A stretch of 64,000 bases of DNA, taken from positions 79,422,001 to 79,486,000 of the forward strand of contig NC_043006.1 of the NCBI RefSeq assembly GCF_006345805.1. The letters are read 5' to 3'. The stretch is from Octopus sinensis (taxonomy: Eukaryota). The translations under genes were made by a program, and so were the position numbers. Below are positions 38,085 through 50,835 of the stretch, in pieces. Each line of letters opens with the position of its first letter. The first letter of the stretch is position 1. The notes below the pieces were generated by a model. That model made no database searches and had not been told where the DNA came from. It saw only the letters and a list, made by a program, of their open reading frames with translations.

Positions 38085-38727
38085 GATCTGTTGAGGCAAT
38101 CAAAATCGAAATCAAATTCGATGACTAGCATCCATGCCAGTGGAACGCTAAGAGCACCATCCGAGTGTGATCGTTGCCAGAGCAGCTGATCAGCTTCTGT
38201 GCCGGTGGCACGTAAAAAGCACCATTTGAACGTGATCTTTACCAGTGTTGCCTTACTGGCATGTGAAAACACATTTGAGCGAGGTCGTTGCCAGTGCTGC
38301 TGGACTGGCTCCTGTGCAGGTGGCACGTAAAAAACAGCATTTGAGCATGTACGTTGCCAGTACTGCCCGACTGGCCCTCGTGCCGGTGGCACATAAAAGC
38401 ACCCACTACACTCTGGGAGTGGTTAGCGTTAGGAAGAACATCCAGCTGTAGAAACTCTGCCGGATCAGATTGGAGCCTGGTGCAGCCATCTGGTTTGCCA
38501 GACCGCAGTCAAATCGTCCAACCCATGCTAGCATGGAAAGCGGACGTTAAACGATGATGAAGATGATATTTATATACATACACACACACACACACACACA
38601 TATATCATCATCATCATCGTTTAACGTCCGTTTTCTGTGCTAGCATGGGTTGGATGGTTTGACCGGGGTCTGGGAAGCCAGGAGGCTGCACCAGGCTCCT
38701 GTCAGATCTGGCAGTGTTTCTACAGCT
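38085..38727. mobile_element. Two RTE 3' UTR fragments, tail-to-tail
   Basis: Plus copy 38085-38567, minus copy 38604-38727. Confidence 0.85.
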
Positions 38728-38994
38728 ATATATACACACACACACACATATATATATATATACATATGTATGTGTATAACAAGAAACTACTAGCCACATT
38801 TTTACTCTAAGAATATTTGTACCGGTACCATGTTTCAAAATGATGAATCATTGCTAGATATAGACTCTAAAGATGGAACAAACACTGAAGATTGAAATCC
38901 AAAGAGAGATAAACAAGGAGCAGCTGGAATTTGATGATTCAGTCTCTGTAATTCTGCACTGGAGATCTGAAGACTGTTTTAGAAGCACATTTAG

Positions 38995-39505
38995 TAATGG
39001 GTGTGACTGCATGGTAAGAAGTTTGCTTCCCAATCACATGGTTCTGGGTTCAGTCCCACTGCATGGTAGTACTGAACCCACTATGGGCAGGTGTCTTCTG
39101 CTATTAGCCTTGGGCCGATCAAAGCCCTGTGAATAGATTTCGTAGACAGAAACTGAAAGAAGCCCATTGTATATGTATGTCAATGTGTGTGTGTCTTGGT
39201 GTCTGTGTATATCCCCTATCACTGCCTGACAACTGGTGTTGGTTTATTTACGTCCCTGTAACCTAGTGGTTCTGCAAAAGACACTGATTCATTTAACTAA
39301 AAATTCTTCAAGGTAGTGCCCCACCATGGCCACATCATCATCATCATCATTGTTCAACCGTGGTCGAGACAATGGAATTTACTATGTTACGCCAGACTTC
39401 ACGGTCCATCATAGCATTACGGAAGTCCTGTTGCTGGATGCCTGTATCCGTGGAGATTACATCAGGGCCACAGTCTAATAACTAAAACAGGTAAAAAGAT
39501 AAAAT
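38995..39505 (+). mobile_element. SINE family A with an RTE insertion in its tail
   Basis: See 39335-39465. Confidence 0.8.
39335..39465 (-). mobile_element. Short 3' end of a second RTE-like LINE, inserted into a SINE
   Basis: Reads PDVISTDTGIQQQDFRNAMMDREVWRNIVNSIVSTTVEQ* directly followed by (GAT)n. Flanked by a 7-bp direct repeat ggccaca (39328-39334 / 39466-39472) inside the 3' tail of a family-A SINE. Confidence 0.7.
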
Positions 39506-40374
39506 AAAGATTTAACACTAAATTAGGGATGCAATTTACACCCAAGTAAATATAGTAACTGCCAAAAAGTCAAGAATCTAGACCCAGGACACAACAGTAC
39601 CAGAGATCAGATTTTACCTTGTCACTTTACCATTCCTCATTTTGTATCTGCTGCAATGTCAACCATTGCATTTCTAACAAACGACCAACATTAAATTACA
39701 AAATTTTTCATGAAGTGTAATTTAAAAAAACATTATTTATGTTTGTGATGTTGGTATTATTCAAACGAAGTCTGGTAAATAACATTCATATTAAGCATTT
39801 GATATCTTTGTAGCCATTGCTGCCATTTGATATAAAATTCTTGTAGCCAGGATAAAATGTTTGTGAAGCCCTAACTATAATTGACATTTCGCAACAGCGA
39901 AATACTTTTAAATGTCTTATTTATTATATCATAAAATATAAAATACCAGTGAGGGATACCAAAAACTTCACTCTACTAATACTCTTGGCAGTACTAAAAG
40001 AATTATATGTTACAATGCAACTAATGTTTGCATGATATTTTCTTCGTAATTTTTCCATTGTTTATTCATGAAATCTGACACGGGGCCCCTAACTACTACT
40101 GCTACTACTACTACTACAACTACACTACTTCTGCTACTACCACCACCACAATCATCATCAACATTAATATTAATCAGATGTCATCAGTAAGCAGTGGAGT
40201 ACTGGGCTAAAATGTCATAGAGAAATTTATTTTGTCCAAGTTCTGAGTTCAAACCCCAGGCTGAGTGTCTTTGATTTTCATACTTCGATGGCCAACAAAA
40301 TTAGCAAGTTTAAACAGTGCTATCACAAGATCCAGTACTTGTTGCAGTATGGTGGTTTATGTGTGACAGTAACC

Positions 40375-40609
40375 TATTTCTTTATTACCCACAAGGGGCT
40401 AAACATAGAGGGGACAAACAAGGACAGACATAGGTATTAAGTCGATTACATCGAAACCAGTGCGTAACTGGTACTTAATTTATCGACCCCGAAAGGATGA
40501 AAGGTAAAGTTGACCTCAGCGGAATTTGAACTCACAACGTAACGTCAGACGAAATACGGCTACACATTTCGCCTGGAGTGCTAACGTCTCTGCCAGCTCC
40601 CCGCCTACT
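40375..40609 (-). mobile_element. Family-B SINE with a 16-bp TSD
   Basis: atgtgtgacagtaacc (40359-40374) / atgtgtcacagtaacc (40610-40625), one mismatch. Confidence 0.85.
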
Positions 40610-41045
40610 ATGTGTCACAGTAACCCTTGAGAGCTATATCAGCGAAGTGCAAGCCACTGGTAGGGCCTCCCATGCTCGACATCTCAAAGCATAGAAGCCA
40701 GACCAATATAGACTACCTCTTCAAAGCAGCAAAAATGGGTTTGCACAGGGCCAACATCTGCACCTAGAAGAAACACAAACTTAGAAGCATCAATGACAAT
40801 TCAAAACCAATGAGATCTGGAAGAGGAAGGCCTTACCTCAGGGATATGTGGCCCCCAAACTGAGGAAGTAGCTTTAATGCTAACCAGACAGTCAAGAGTC
40901 AAAAACAATGGATGAATGTCATTGACAGCTTATATACTATAGGGATCAAAAGACTTAAGTATCTGTAACCAGTGACCCTTTGTACATGATCAAAAGATAT
41001 CAATCCTAATCAGATTAATACAGTTGTATATTTAAGAGATAAGGA

Positions 41046-41356
41046 ATTATGTACATTATTTACATTTGATGGATATTTGTCCTCATCTTGTTTGTTGTTA
41101 ACACAATGTTTCAGCTGATATACCCTGGGTTCTCATTCCTAAGGTATTTTTCGATGTTATTATTATTATTATTATTTATTCAGGTCACTGCTTGGAATTG
41201 AACTTGGAATCTTGGGGTTAGTAGCCTGCGCTCTTAACCACTATACCATATGCTCACGCTCTTAACCACTACACCATATGCCCATGGGCATATGGCATAG
41301 TGGTTAAGAGAGCGGGCAACGAACCCCTAGATTCCGAGTTCAATTCCAAGCAGTGA

Positions 41357-41391
<35 letters not shown>

Positions 41392-41539
41392 GCACCAAAA
41401 AATACCTTTGGAATGAGAACCCAGGTTCGAAATTTCCCCCAAGACACCTGATGAAGGCTGGAGTGTATATCAGCTAAAACGTGTTAACAACAAACAAGAC
41501 GAGGACAAATATCCATCAAATGTAAATGATGTAAATAAT
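41046..41539. mobile_element. Palindromic non-autonomous element: head-to-head tRNA-like heads plus Penelope-type hammerhead tails
   Basis: Perfect centre CCCA|TGGG at 41284/41285. Each arm has an A box (TGGCATAGTGG), a B box (GAGTTCAATTCC), (TAA)n and a tail. The right arm has GACAC-CTGATGA-A-GGCTG..CAGCT-AAAAC-GTGTT at 41443-41485. Confidence 0.7.
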
Positions 41540-41569
41540 AATCAGAATAAGTTATAAACTCTGTGAGTG

Positions 41570-42030
41570 ACGTGACAGTGGCATGTAAAAAGCACCATCT
41601 GAATGTGGTCGATGCCAGCCCCCTTGCCCCGGCTGGCTCTTGTGCTGGTGGCATGTAAAAAGCACTCACAACACTCTCGGAGTGGTTGGCATTAGGAAGG
41701 GCATCCAGCTGTAGAAACATTACCAGATCAGATTGGAGCCTGGTTTGAGGGGACCAGTCAAACCATCCAGCCCATGCCAGCATGGAAAACGGATGTTTAA
41801 TGATGATGATGAAAACTGAAAGAAACCTATGATATGTGAATAGATATCATCATCATCATCATCATTTAACATCTGTTTTCCATGCTGGTATGGGTTGGAC
41901 AGTATGACAGGAGCTGGTAGACTGGAGGGCTGTACCAGGCTCCAGTCATCTGTTTTGGCAAAGTTCCTACAGCTGGATGCCCTTTCTAATGCCAACTACT
42001 TTACAGAGTGTACTGGGTACTTCTTATGTG
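41570..42030. mobile_element. Two RTE 3' UTR fragments, tail-to-tail
   Basis: Plus copy 41570-41811, minus copy 41847-42030. Confidence 0.8.
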
Positions 42031-42599
42031 GTACTAGCATGGGTGCTTCCTACACAGCACTGTGTGTGTGTGTGTGTCAGTTATATCAAGTGCCAGTTAT
42101 ATCTGTAAGGACAGTGTATAAAAAAAAAAAAAAAAGACTCCCTCCCCACTAAGACAGTAATGAAATGTCAACAAATATCAAATTTTTTTGTTGAAAATGA
42201 CCAAAGGGAATGGATTAAAAGATATACCACACCTGTGTAGTGTAAAGGTCAACAATATCAGTTAAGAGATCATTGTAATACCCACCCCATCACCACCACC
42301 ACCATCATCATCACATTACATAGAGGGACACAGTCAGTGTAGACACCATAAGAGATTAAACCCCCACAAATACTAACTACATCAGCAAAACAAATGACAA
42401 TGATAATGGTTGAGGAGGGGGAAGGCAATGGTGGTGGTGAAGGCAGTAGCGGGGGGGGTTACGATGATGAAGATGGTGGTGAAGGTGGTGGTGCTTCCTA
42501 ACTACAAAGCCATGTTTGATATATACTTGCGGTCATTAAATCTCAAGATGTGAATGAATCCGTTCATATGACATGAAATGATATGTCATGGTAATGTCT

Positions 42600-43015
42600 C
42601 TTACTCTTGGCTTTTACTCGTTTCAGTCATTAGATTGTGGCCATGCTGGGGCACAACTTTCAAGGGCTTAGTCAAACAAATCAATCCCAGTACTTATATA
42701 TATATTTTTTTTTTAAGCCTCGTACTTTTCCTATCATTCTGTTCTGCCAAACCGCTACATTGTAGGAATGCAAACAAACCGACAGCAGTTATTAAGCAGT
42801 GGTGGAAACAAACACAAACTCAAACGCACACAAATACACAAGTATCTATAAGACAGGCTTCTTTCAGTTTCCATCAACCAATTCCACTCAGAAAGCTTTG
42901 GTCAGTCCAGGGTTGTAGTAAAAGACACTTGCCCAAGATGTCACACAGTGGGACTGAACCTGAAGTCACACGGTTCAAAAGCAAGTTTCTCAACCAGACA
43001 GCCACATCTGCTTTG
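42600..43015 (-). mobile_element. SINE family A
   Basis: Reverse-complement copy. Confidence 0.85.
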
Positions 43016-43035
43016 ATTTTCTATATATATATATA

Positions 43036-43492
43036 TATTATTAGAGACAAAACCACTATTTTGCAAATATATATATATATATATATATACTCTTTTACTT
43101 GTTTCAGTCAGTTGACTGCGGCCATGCTGGAGCACTGCCTTTAGTCGAGCAACTCGACCCCGGGACTTATTCTTTGTAAGCCCAGTACTTATTCTATCGG
43201 TCTCTTTTGCCGAACCGCTAAGTAACGGGGACATGAACACATCAGCATCGGTTGTCAAACAATGTTTGGGGGACAAATACAGACACACAAACACACACAC
43301 ATACATATATATATATATACATACATATATACGACGGGCTTCTTTCAGTTTCCGTCTACCAAATCCACTCACAAGGCATTGGTCGACCCGGGGCTATAGC
43401 AGAAGACACTTGCCCAAGGTGCCACGCAGTGGGACTGAACCCGGAACCATGTGGTTGGTTAGCAAGCTACTTACCACACAGCCACTCCTGCG

Positions 43493-43527
<35 letters not shown>

Positions 43528-43995
43528 AGAGACAAAACCACTATTTTGCAAATATATATATATATATATATATACTCTTTTACTTGTTTCAGTCAGTTGA
43601 CTGCGGCCATGCTGGAGCACTGCCTTTAGTCGAGCAACTCGACCCCGGGACTTATCCTTTGTAAGCCCAGTACTTATTCTATCGGTCTCTTTTGCCGAAC
43701 CGCTAAGTAACGGGGACATGAACACATCAGCATCGGTTGTCAAACAATGTTGGGGGGACAAATACAGACACACAAACACACACACATACATATATATATA
43801 TACATACATATATACGACGGGCTTCTTTCAGTTTCCGTCTACCAAATCCACTCACAAGGCATTGGTCGACCCGGGGCTATAGCAGAAGACACTTGCCCAA
43901 GGTGCCACGCAGTGGGACTGAACCCGGAACCATGTGGTTGGTTAGCAAGCTACTTACCACACAGCCACTCCTGCGCCTATATATATATATATATT
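43036..43995 (-). repeat. Tandem duplication (~485-bp period) of a family-A SINE plus flank
   Basis: Units start at 43036 and 43521 (tattattagagacaaaacc...) and are nearly identical. Confidence 0.9.
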
Positions 43996-44189
43996 TTTTT
44001 TTTGCACTCACCAAAGAACCTCAAGAGCATCAAGTTAACAATGCAACGGGATCATTTGATCATGCTCGTTAGTACTATAATTACTGGGTCTACACCATCA
44101 GTATCCTCCTACACCTTAATTATTGTGGTCAGTGACTGAATCTACTGATTACATAAGAGATAACGAAATCTGAAACACCATCCTTGAAA

Positions 44190-44206
44190 CTTGTGTGTGT
44201 GTATAC

Positions 44207-44241
<35 letters not shown>

Positions 44242-44632
44242 CTGTATGTATGTATTCTCATCAGCCAGCATATTTTATATTGTACGAAGAGTAGTATTAA
44301 TAATATAAGATATGATACTTCTACAACTGCTGTTATTATTATTATTACTAACAGTACTACTACTATTACAAAGAGTACTAGCAATTGCAGTGGTGGTAGT
44401 GATGGGTGGGTGTTTGTTTGGTAGTAATGTTGCTGGTTAGTCATAGAACTATGCTATAACAGCCTAAACTTCTAGTATCCTTCTTAACTTGAGATCAGTT
44501 GTTAAATACCTTTGAAGACAATGTTTCTGGCATAACATTAAATACATGATACATACATATCTGTGTGTGTATATGTATGTATGTATGTATGTATATATGT
44601 ATATATGTGTGTGTGTGTGTATGTATATGCGC

Positions 44633-44709
<77 letters not shown>

Positions 44710-44796
44710 TATATATATGTATAAATTAATATAAATAACGATAAGCATGGTATCTCTTGGATACCCTAAATTATAATTTTAATATATATATATATA

Positions 44797-44837
<41 letters not shown>

Positions 44838-44858
44838 GTATGTATATGTGTGAGCGTG

Positions 44859-44893
<35 letters not shown>

Positions 44894-45065
44894 GTATATA
44901 CACAAACATATATAATACACACACACATAAATATATATAATTGAATATACATATATCTATAAATAAATATGCATATATATGCATATACATAAATATACAT
45001 GATATGCATATATATATAAATATACATATCTATACACACACACGTGTGTGTGTGTGCATGTATGT
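44190..45065. repeat. Compound microsatellite field
   Basis: (TA)n, (TG)n and (TAC)n. Confidence 0.95.
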
Positions 45066-45404
45066 GACTTTAGTCAGGTTTCATGTCACATGACTGTTTT
45101 GTTTACACAGTTGCCACTGGCAGAAAGAAGAAACTGATAAAATATCCTTAAATTGTGCTCAGGTGTATGCATGTATGTGTGTGGTGGCAGGGAGGAGCAG
45201 GCGGAACATAAGGTGAATCTGTACCCAAAACTATGACATCATAACACTACATGACCTGCTGTTCTTTACCCGGCTACTAAAATATGAGGAAACACAAACT
45301 AGTTTTTTTTGTTGTTTGTGTTTTAATACCTGAACAGCAAGAAAAAAAAATAATATTTATAAATATTTTTTGTTCTCCAGACTTCCCTTTACTTTTTCTT
45401 TTCT

Positions 45405-45808
45405 TTTATTTGTTTCAGTCATTTGACTGCGGCCATGCTGGAGCACTGCCTTTAGTCGAGCAAATCGACCCCAGGACTTATTCGTTGTAAGCCTAGTACT
45501 TATTCTATCGGTCTCTCTTGCCGAACCGCTAAGTGACGGGGACGTAAACACACCAGCATCAGTTGTCAAGCGATGTTGGTGGGACAAACACAGACACACA
45601 AACATATACACACGCACACATAAACATACATATATATATATATATACGATGGGCTTCTTCTTTCAGTTTCCGTCTACTAAATCCACTCACAAGGCTTTGG
45701 TCGACCCGAGACTATAGTAGAAGACACTTGCTAAAGTTGCCATGCAGTGGGACTGAACCTGGAACCATGTAGTTGGTAAGCAAGCTACTTACCACACAGC
45801 CACTCCTT
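45405..45808 (-). mobile_element. SINE family A
   Basis: Reverse-complement full copy. Confidence 0.9.
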
Positions 45809-46059
45809 ACATTTATCATAGTTTCCTCCTTGATTCACATTTTTTTTTCTGTAGACATTGATTGCCAGGTATTTCAGGCTGCATGTGAAGACAAATACAT
45901 GGCTCAGTGGTTAGGGCATCAGACATATGATCCTACAGTTGTAGTTTCGATTCCCAGACTGGGTAGCAAGTTGAGTTCTTTAGCAAACCACATCATTTCA
46001 CATTGCTGCAGTCCACTCAGTTGAAAATTACTACCAACGACCAACAACAGCTAGGAGGT

Positions 46060-46209
46060 ACTAGTGTAGCTAGCGTATGTGCTGCCCAGGGTGGCCCTTC
46101 TGTTTGCTGCCCCCAGACCCCACAAAATACACATGTTGCCTATAGTAATAGCCTACAACAGGATGAAAAGTGCCGTCTGGGGCAGACCGCACATCCTAGC
46201 TATGCTAGT
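46060..46209. mobile_element. 150-bp MITE with 10-bp TSD (Mutator-like by TSD length)
   Basis: Termini actagtgtagctagc... / ...ctagctatgctagt, with ~35-bp imperfect inverted repeats. gctaggaggt is duplicated at 46050-46059 and 46210-46219. Confidence 0.7.
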
Positions 46210-47109
46210 GCTAGGAGGTGACCCAGAGACAGATGGTGAGTATTGTACTCTTGGTTGCTTACATGGAAACTTGGATAAATTTCAACCTTAATGCTCAGGA
46301 TATTCAGTCACATTGAGCAATCCCATGCTGGAGCAATTCAAAACAATGTGTATGAACAAGCATTGCATCTGACAGTATAATCTGAATGCTAAGAGGGTTA
46401 AAAAAATTAATGAATCTAAACTAAGAAAAAAAATTAATGCATGTCATAGTTGAGTGTTAAAAAGGTAAGAATTATTAGATATCTCTCTCTCTCTCTCTCT
46501 CTCTCGCTATCTCTCTCAAAAACTGCTGAGTTTTGATACACTACATGAAGCACAATGTCAACCTGGAAGGATTTTTTTTTTTTTTTTTTAATCTTCTGGC
46601 CAACATAGTGGAACATCCTTGCTCGCCTTAATCCAACCATGTGCACAAAATCCACCAAGCATGGCAGCAAACCCAAATGTTCTCACAAATCAAAAATGTC
46701 AATTCTAGTACGGGAAATCCCTCAAGCAAAAGAGTATAACCACTTGGAAGCAAACGAGTGTATAGATACACAGCAACAAGTCAATACAAACACACATATG
46801 CATACACATATATATCTATACATACATATATGCACATATACATTTATATACATGTACACGCACTTATACATAATATACATATGGCAGTGAGGTAAAGAAA
46901 TATGCTTCCCATTCACATGGTTTTGGGTTCAGTTTCACTGTGCAGAACCTTGGACTAGTGTCTTCTACCGAAGACCCCAAGCCAACCAAAGCCTAGTGAG
47001 AGTACTTCACAGATGGAAATTTACAAGAAGGCCTTTCTGTATACATATTTGTAGGTATCCCACGCAAGTATGGGAAAGTGGATGTAAAACAATGATGATG
47101 ATGATATCG

Positions 47110-47630
47110 CTTATGATGGTGAGGGTTCCAGTTGATCCGATCAACGGAACAGCCTACTCATGAAATCAACGTGCATGTGTACCCTTAATGTAGTTCTCAA
47201 GGAACTTTAGTGTGACTAAGAATGTGACAAGTCTGGCCCTTTGAAATACAGGTACCACTCATTTTCTTTTCTACTCTAGGCACAAGGTCTGAAACTTTTG
47301 GGGAGGAGGCCAGTTGATTAGATCGACCCCGGTACGCAACTGGTATTTAATTTATTGACCCCCGAAAGGATGAAAGGCAAAGTTGACCTAGGCAGAATTT
47401 GAACTCAGAATGTAAAGACAGACGAAATATTGCTAAGCATTTCACCTGGCATGCTAACATTTCTGCCAGCTCGCCACCTTAGGTACTACTCATTTTAGCC
47501 CGCTGAGTGGACTGGAAAAATGTGAAACAAAGTGTCTTGCTCAAGGACACAGTGCTTCACTGGGAACTGAACTCAAAACCTTATGATCATGAGCCGAATA
47601 CCCAAAACACTAAGCCATGTGCCTTCACCA
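47110..47630 (-). mobile_element. tRNA-derived SINE, family C, with a nested family-B copy
   Basis: B copy at 47266-47480, flanked by aggtaccactcatttt / aggtactactcatttt (47250-47265, 47481-47496). Confidence 0.8.
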
Positions 47631-48164
47631 TGATGCTATATATACAAATAAAGACTAAGGCAGCAAGCAGGCAGAATCATTAGCATGCTGGGCAAACTGC
47701 TTAGCAGCATCCTGTCCATCTTTATGTATTGAGTTCAAATTCCACCAAGGTCCACTTTGTCTTTCATCCTTTCAGGGTCAATAAAATAACTACCAGTTGA
47801 GGAGTGGGAGGCATGTAATCAATTTCATCCTTCCCCTGAATTCGATGGCCTTATGCAGAGGTAATGACCAAGACCTTTGGCACTTTGTTGTGCTTGAGAA
47901 GACCCATCAAACAGAGCAAAATCGCAGTCGTGGGAGATACCGGTGTCATGCAAATGGCACCCATGCCAGTGGCACATAAAAAACACCCATTACGCTCTCA
48001 GAGTGGTTGGCATTAGGAAAGGCATCCAGCTGTAGAAAACCATGCTAAATCAGAAGGGAACCTGGTGCAACCTTCCAGCGTGCCAGCTCAGTCAAACTGT
48101 CTAACCCATGCTAGCATGGACAATGGATATTAAATGTTAATGATGATGATAATAAATATATATA

Positions 48165-48515
48165 TGTGCAGGTATGGCTGTGTAGAAGAAGTTTGCTTCC
48201 CAGCTACATGGTTCTGGGTTCAGTCCCACTTCATGGCACCTTGGGCAAGTGTCTTCTGCTTTAACCTCAGGCCGACCAAAACCTTGTGAGTGGATTTGGT
48301 AGACTGAAACTGAGAGAAGCCCATCCTGTGTGTGTGTGTCTTTGTCCCACCCACCAATACTTGACAACAGATGACAGTATGTCTATGTCCCCATAACTTA
48401 GCAGTTCGTCAAAACAGACCAGACTTACAAAGAATAAGTCCTGGGGGTGATTTCTTCAACTAAAAGGCAGTGCTCCAGCATGGTCGCCATCAAACAACTG
48501 AAACAAAAGAATGTA
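48165..48515 (+). mobile_element. SINE family A
   Basis: Colinear with consensus; followed by an A2-type tail at about 48630-48850. Confidence 0.8.
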
Positions 48516-49149
48516 AATATCAAACAATGAGAACGAGGGGTTAACACTGCAATGATGGATAAAAATTCTTTATTTGTGTATTAAGGATAGCACTGATTTC
48601 CTGTTAAGGAATATCTTAACAATTACTATATGATAGTTGTAAATGAGCATCACCATCATACAAGCAGTGTCAATTGGTTCCAATCTTCCAGGAAAACATG
48701 TTCGGTCGTGGAGAAATATTTTACCTTGCTCAGAAACAGGTGAGGGTGAGCAACAGGAAGGACATCAGACTCTAGAAAATCTGCCTAGACAAATTCCACC
48801 CAACCAATTCGATCATAAAAAAGAGGACATAAAAATTATGATGATGATAAGGAGAAGGATATATATATGTGTGTGTGTGTATATATACATACATATATAT
48901 ATATACAATACATACACATAAATACAATGCATACACACACAAATATATTCCTAATCACAAGTTCAGATTTTATTGTTGTGTCATTCCTCCAAGCAAAAGT
49001 TTGCTTGTTCCAGTTTGCTTGACTGAACAAAAAAAAGAAAAAAAAGAAAAACTCAGGTTCCACACCTACTTCATGGTTGACTGAATAGCAGCAGGAAGGG
49101 CAAGGAGTAAAGCATCCCACCCATGCAAGCATGGAAAAAATGTATGAAA

Positions 49150-49197
49150 CAATAATTATATATGTATATGTGTGCGTGTATATATATACACGTACGC

Positions 49198-49232
<35 letters not shown>

Positions 49233-49390
49233 CACACACATCTGTGTGTATGTATGTATATATACACATATATATACACACACACACATCTGTGTGTGTA
49301 TGTATGTATATATACATATATATATACACACACACATCTGTGTGTGTATGTATGTATATATACATATATATATACACACACACACACAGC
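49150..49390. repeat. Microsatellite-derived minisatellite (~46-bp unit, 3 copies)
   Basis: Repeated acacacacatctgtgtgtgtatgtatgtatatatac... Confidence 0.85.
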
Positions 49391-49489
49391 AGGTAGAGAC
49401 TGGGAGAGAGAATGGCTTGGGAAGAATACCCAGGAATATGAACAGCATGAAATTTAATACTAAAATGTGTTTGTGTGTGCGCACGCATT

Positions 49490-50400
49490 TTTTAAAACTT
49501 GTTTCAATCACTGAACTGTGGCCATGCTGGAGCACTGCCTTGAAGGGCTTTAGTTGAACAAATCAACACCGGTACTAATTTTTAAGCCTAGTACCTATTC
49601 TGTTGGTCTCTTCCGCCAAGCCATTAAGTTACAGGGACGTAAACAAACCAACAGCAATTATCAAATGAGGAGGGAACAAACACACACACACATGATGGGC
49701 TTTCTCTTAGTCCCCATTTACCAAATTCATTCACAGGGCTCCAGCCAACCCAGAGCTATTGTAGAAGAAACTTGCCCAAGGGTGTTGTGCATAGGGATTG
49801 AACAAGAAACCACATGGTTGTAAACCAAGGTTCTTGACCACACAGCTATACCTGTGTCTATAGTCTTTTTTTTCTTTCTTTTACTTGTTTCAGTCATTTG
49901 AATACAGCCATGCTGGAGCACTGCCTTTAGTCGAGCAAATCGACCCCAGGACTTATTTTTTGTAAGCGTAGTACTTATTCTATAGATCTCTTTTACCGAA
50001 CCACTAAGTTACAGGGACATTCTTTTATTTGTTTCAGTCATTTGACTGCGGCCATGCTGGAGCACCGCCTTTAGTCAAGCAAATCAACCCCAGGACTTAT
50101 TTTTTGTAAGCATAGTACTTATTCTATCTATCTCTTTTGTCGAACCGCTAAGTTACAGGGGACATAAACACATCAACATCGGTTGCCAAGTGATGGTGGG
50201 GAACTAACACAGACACACATACACAGACATATATATATACATATACGATGGGCTTCTTTCAGTTTCCGTCTACCAAATCTACTCACAAGGTTTTGGTCGG
50301 CCTAAGGATACAGTAGAAGAAACTTGCCCAAGGTGCCACGCAGTGAGATTGAACCTGGAACCATGTGGTTGATAAGCAAACAACTTACCACACAGTGGGT
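49490..50400 (-). mobile_element. Cluster of three family-A SINEs (one is tail only)
   Basis: About 49490-49860, 49875-50020 and 50020-50400. Confidence 0.85.
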
Positions 50401-50835
50401 GCCACTCAGTGGGGTTCATTATATATTCAAAGAATTTTTTACAGTAATTGTAATACACTGTTTTGAGTGAAAATGAATAGATACGCTCTACAGTATATTA
50501 CAAAAATGAAATGAAACATTAGAAATTTTTTTATAAAAAACAACAGTCTACTCAAGTTTCACCATAAGCTGGTCGAAGCAGTATTTTTTTTTCATATATA
50601 TTAAACATCTGTCCCCTCTACTAAACAGAGAGTTTCATATTTGATAATGCTTGATAGTGACAGAGAGAGTGGGAGAGTTGTTGATCTGAATGTTAGGTGG
50701 GACGCAGATTTTGCAAATCGAATTTGTTCTCCTCAAGGATGTAGCGTTTCAGAGCCTTCCAGGGCTAAACAAACATACATAACCATATAAACTTGCATTT
50801 ATATACTAAATATATAAATGTGTGTGTGTGTGTGT

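Noticed and set aside
41285-41360. Functional tRNA genes (here and at SINE heads)
   Set aside because: A and B boxes are present, but there is no complete acceptor stem, and each head runs directly into a repeat body.
50690-50765. Possible minus-strand exon PWKALKRYILEENKFDLQNLRPT* after a tttgtttag acceptor
   Set aside because: Phase is incompatible with exon 1 (the phase-1 reading stops after 10 codons) and it has no resemblance to the expected RASA3 exon 2.
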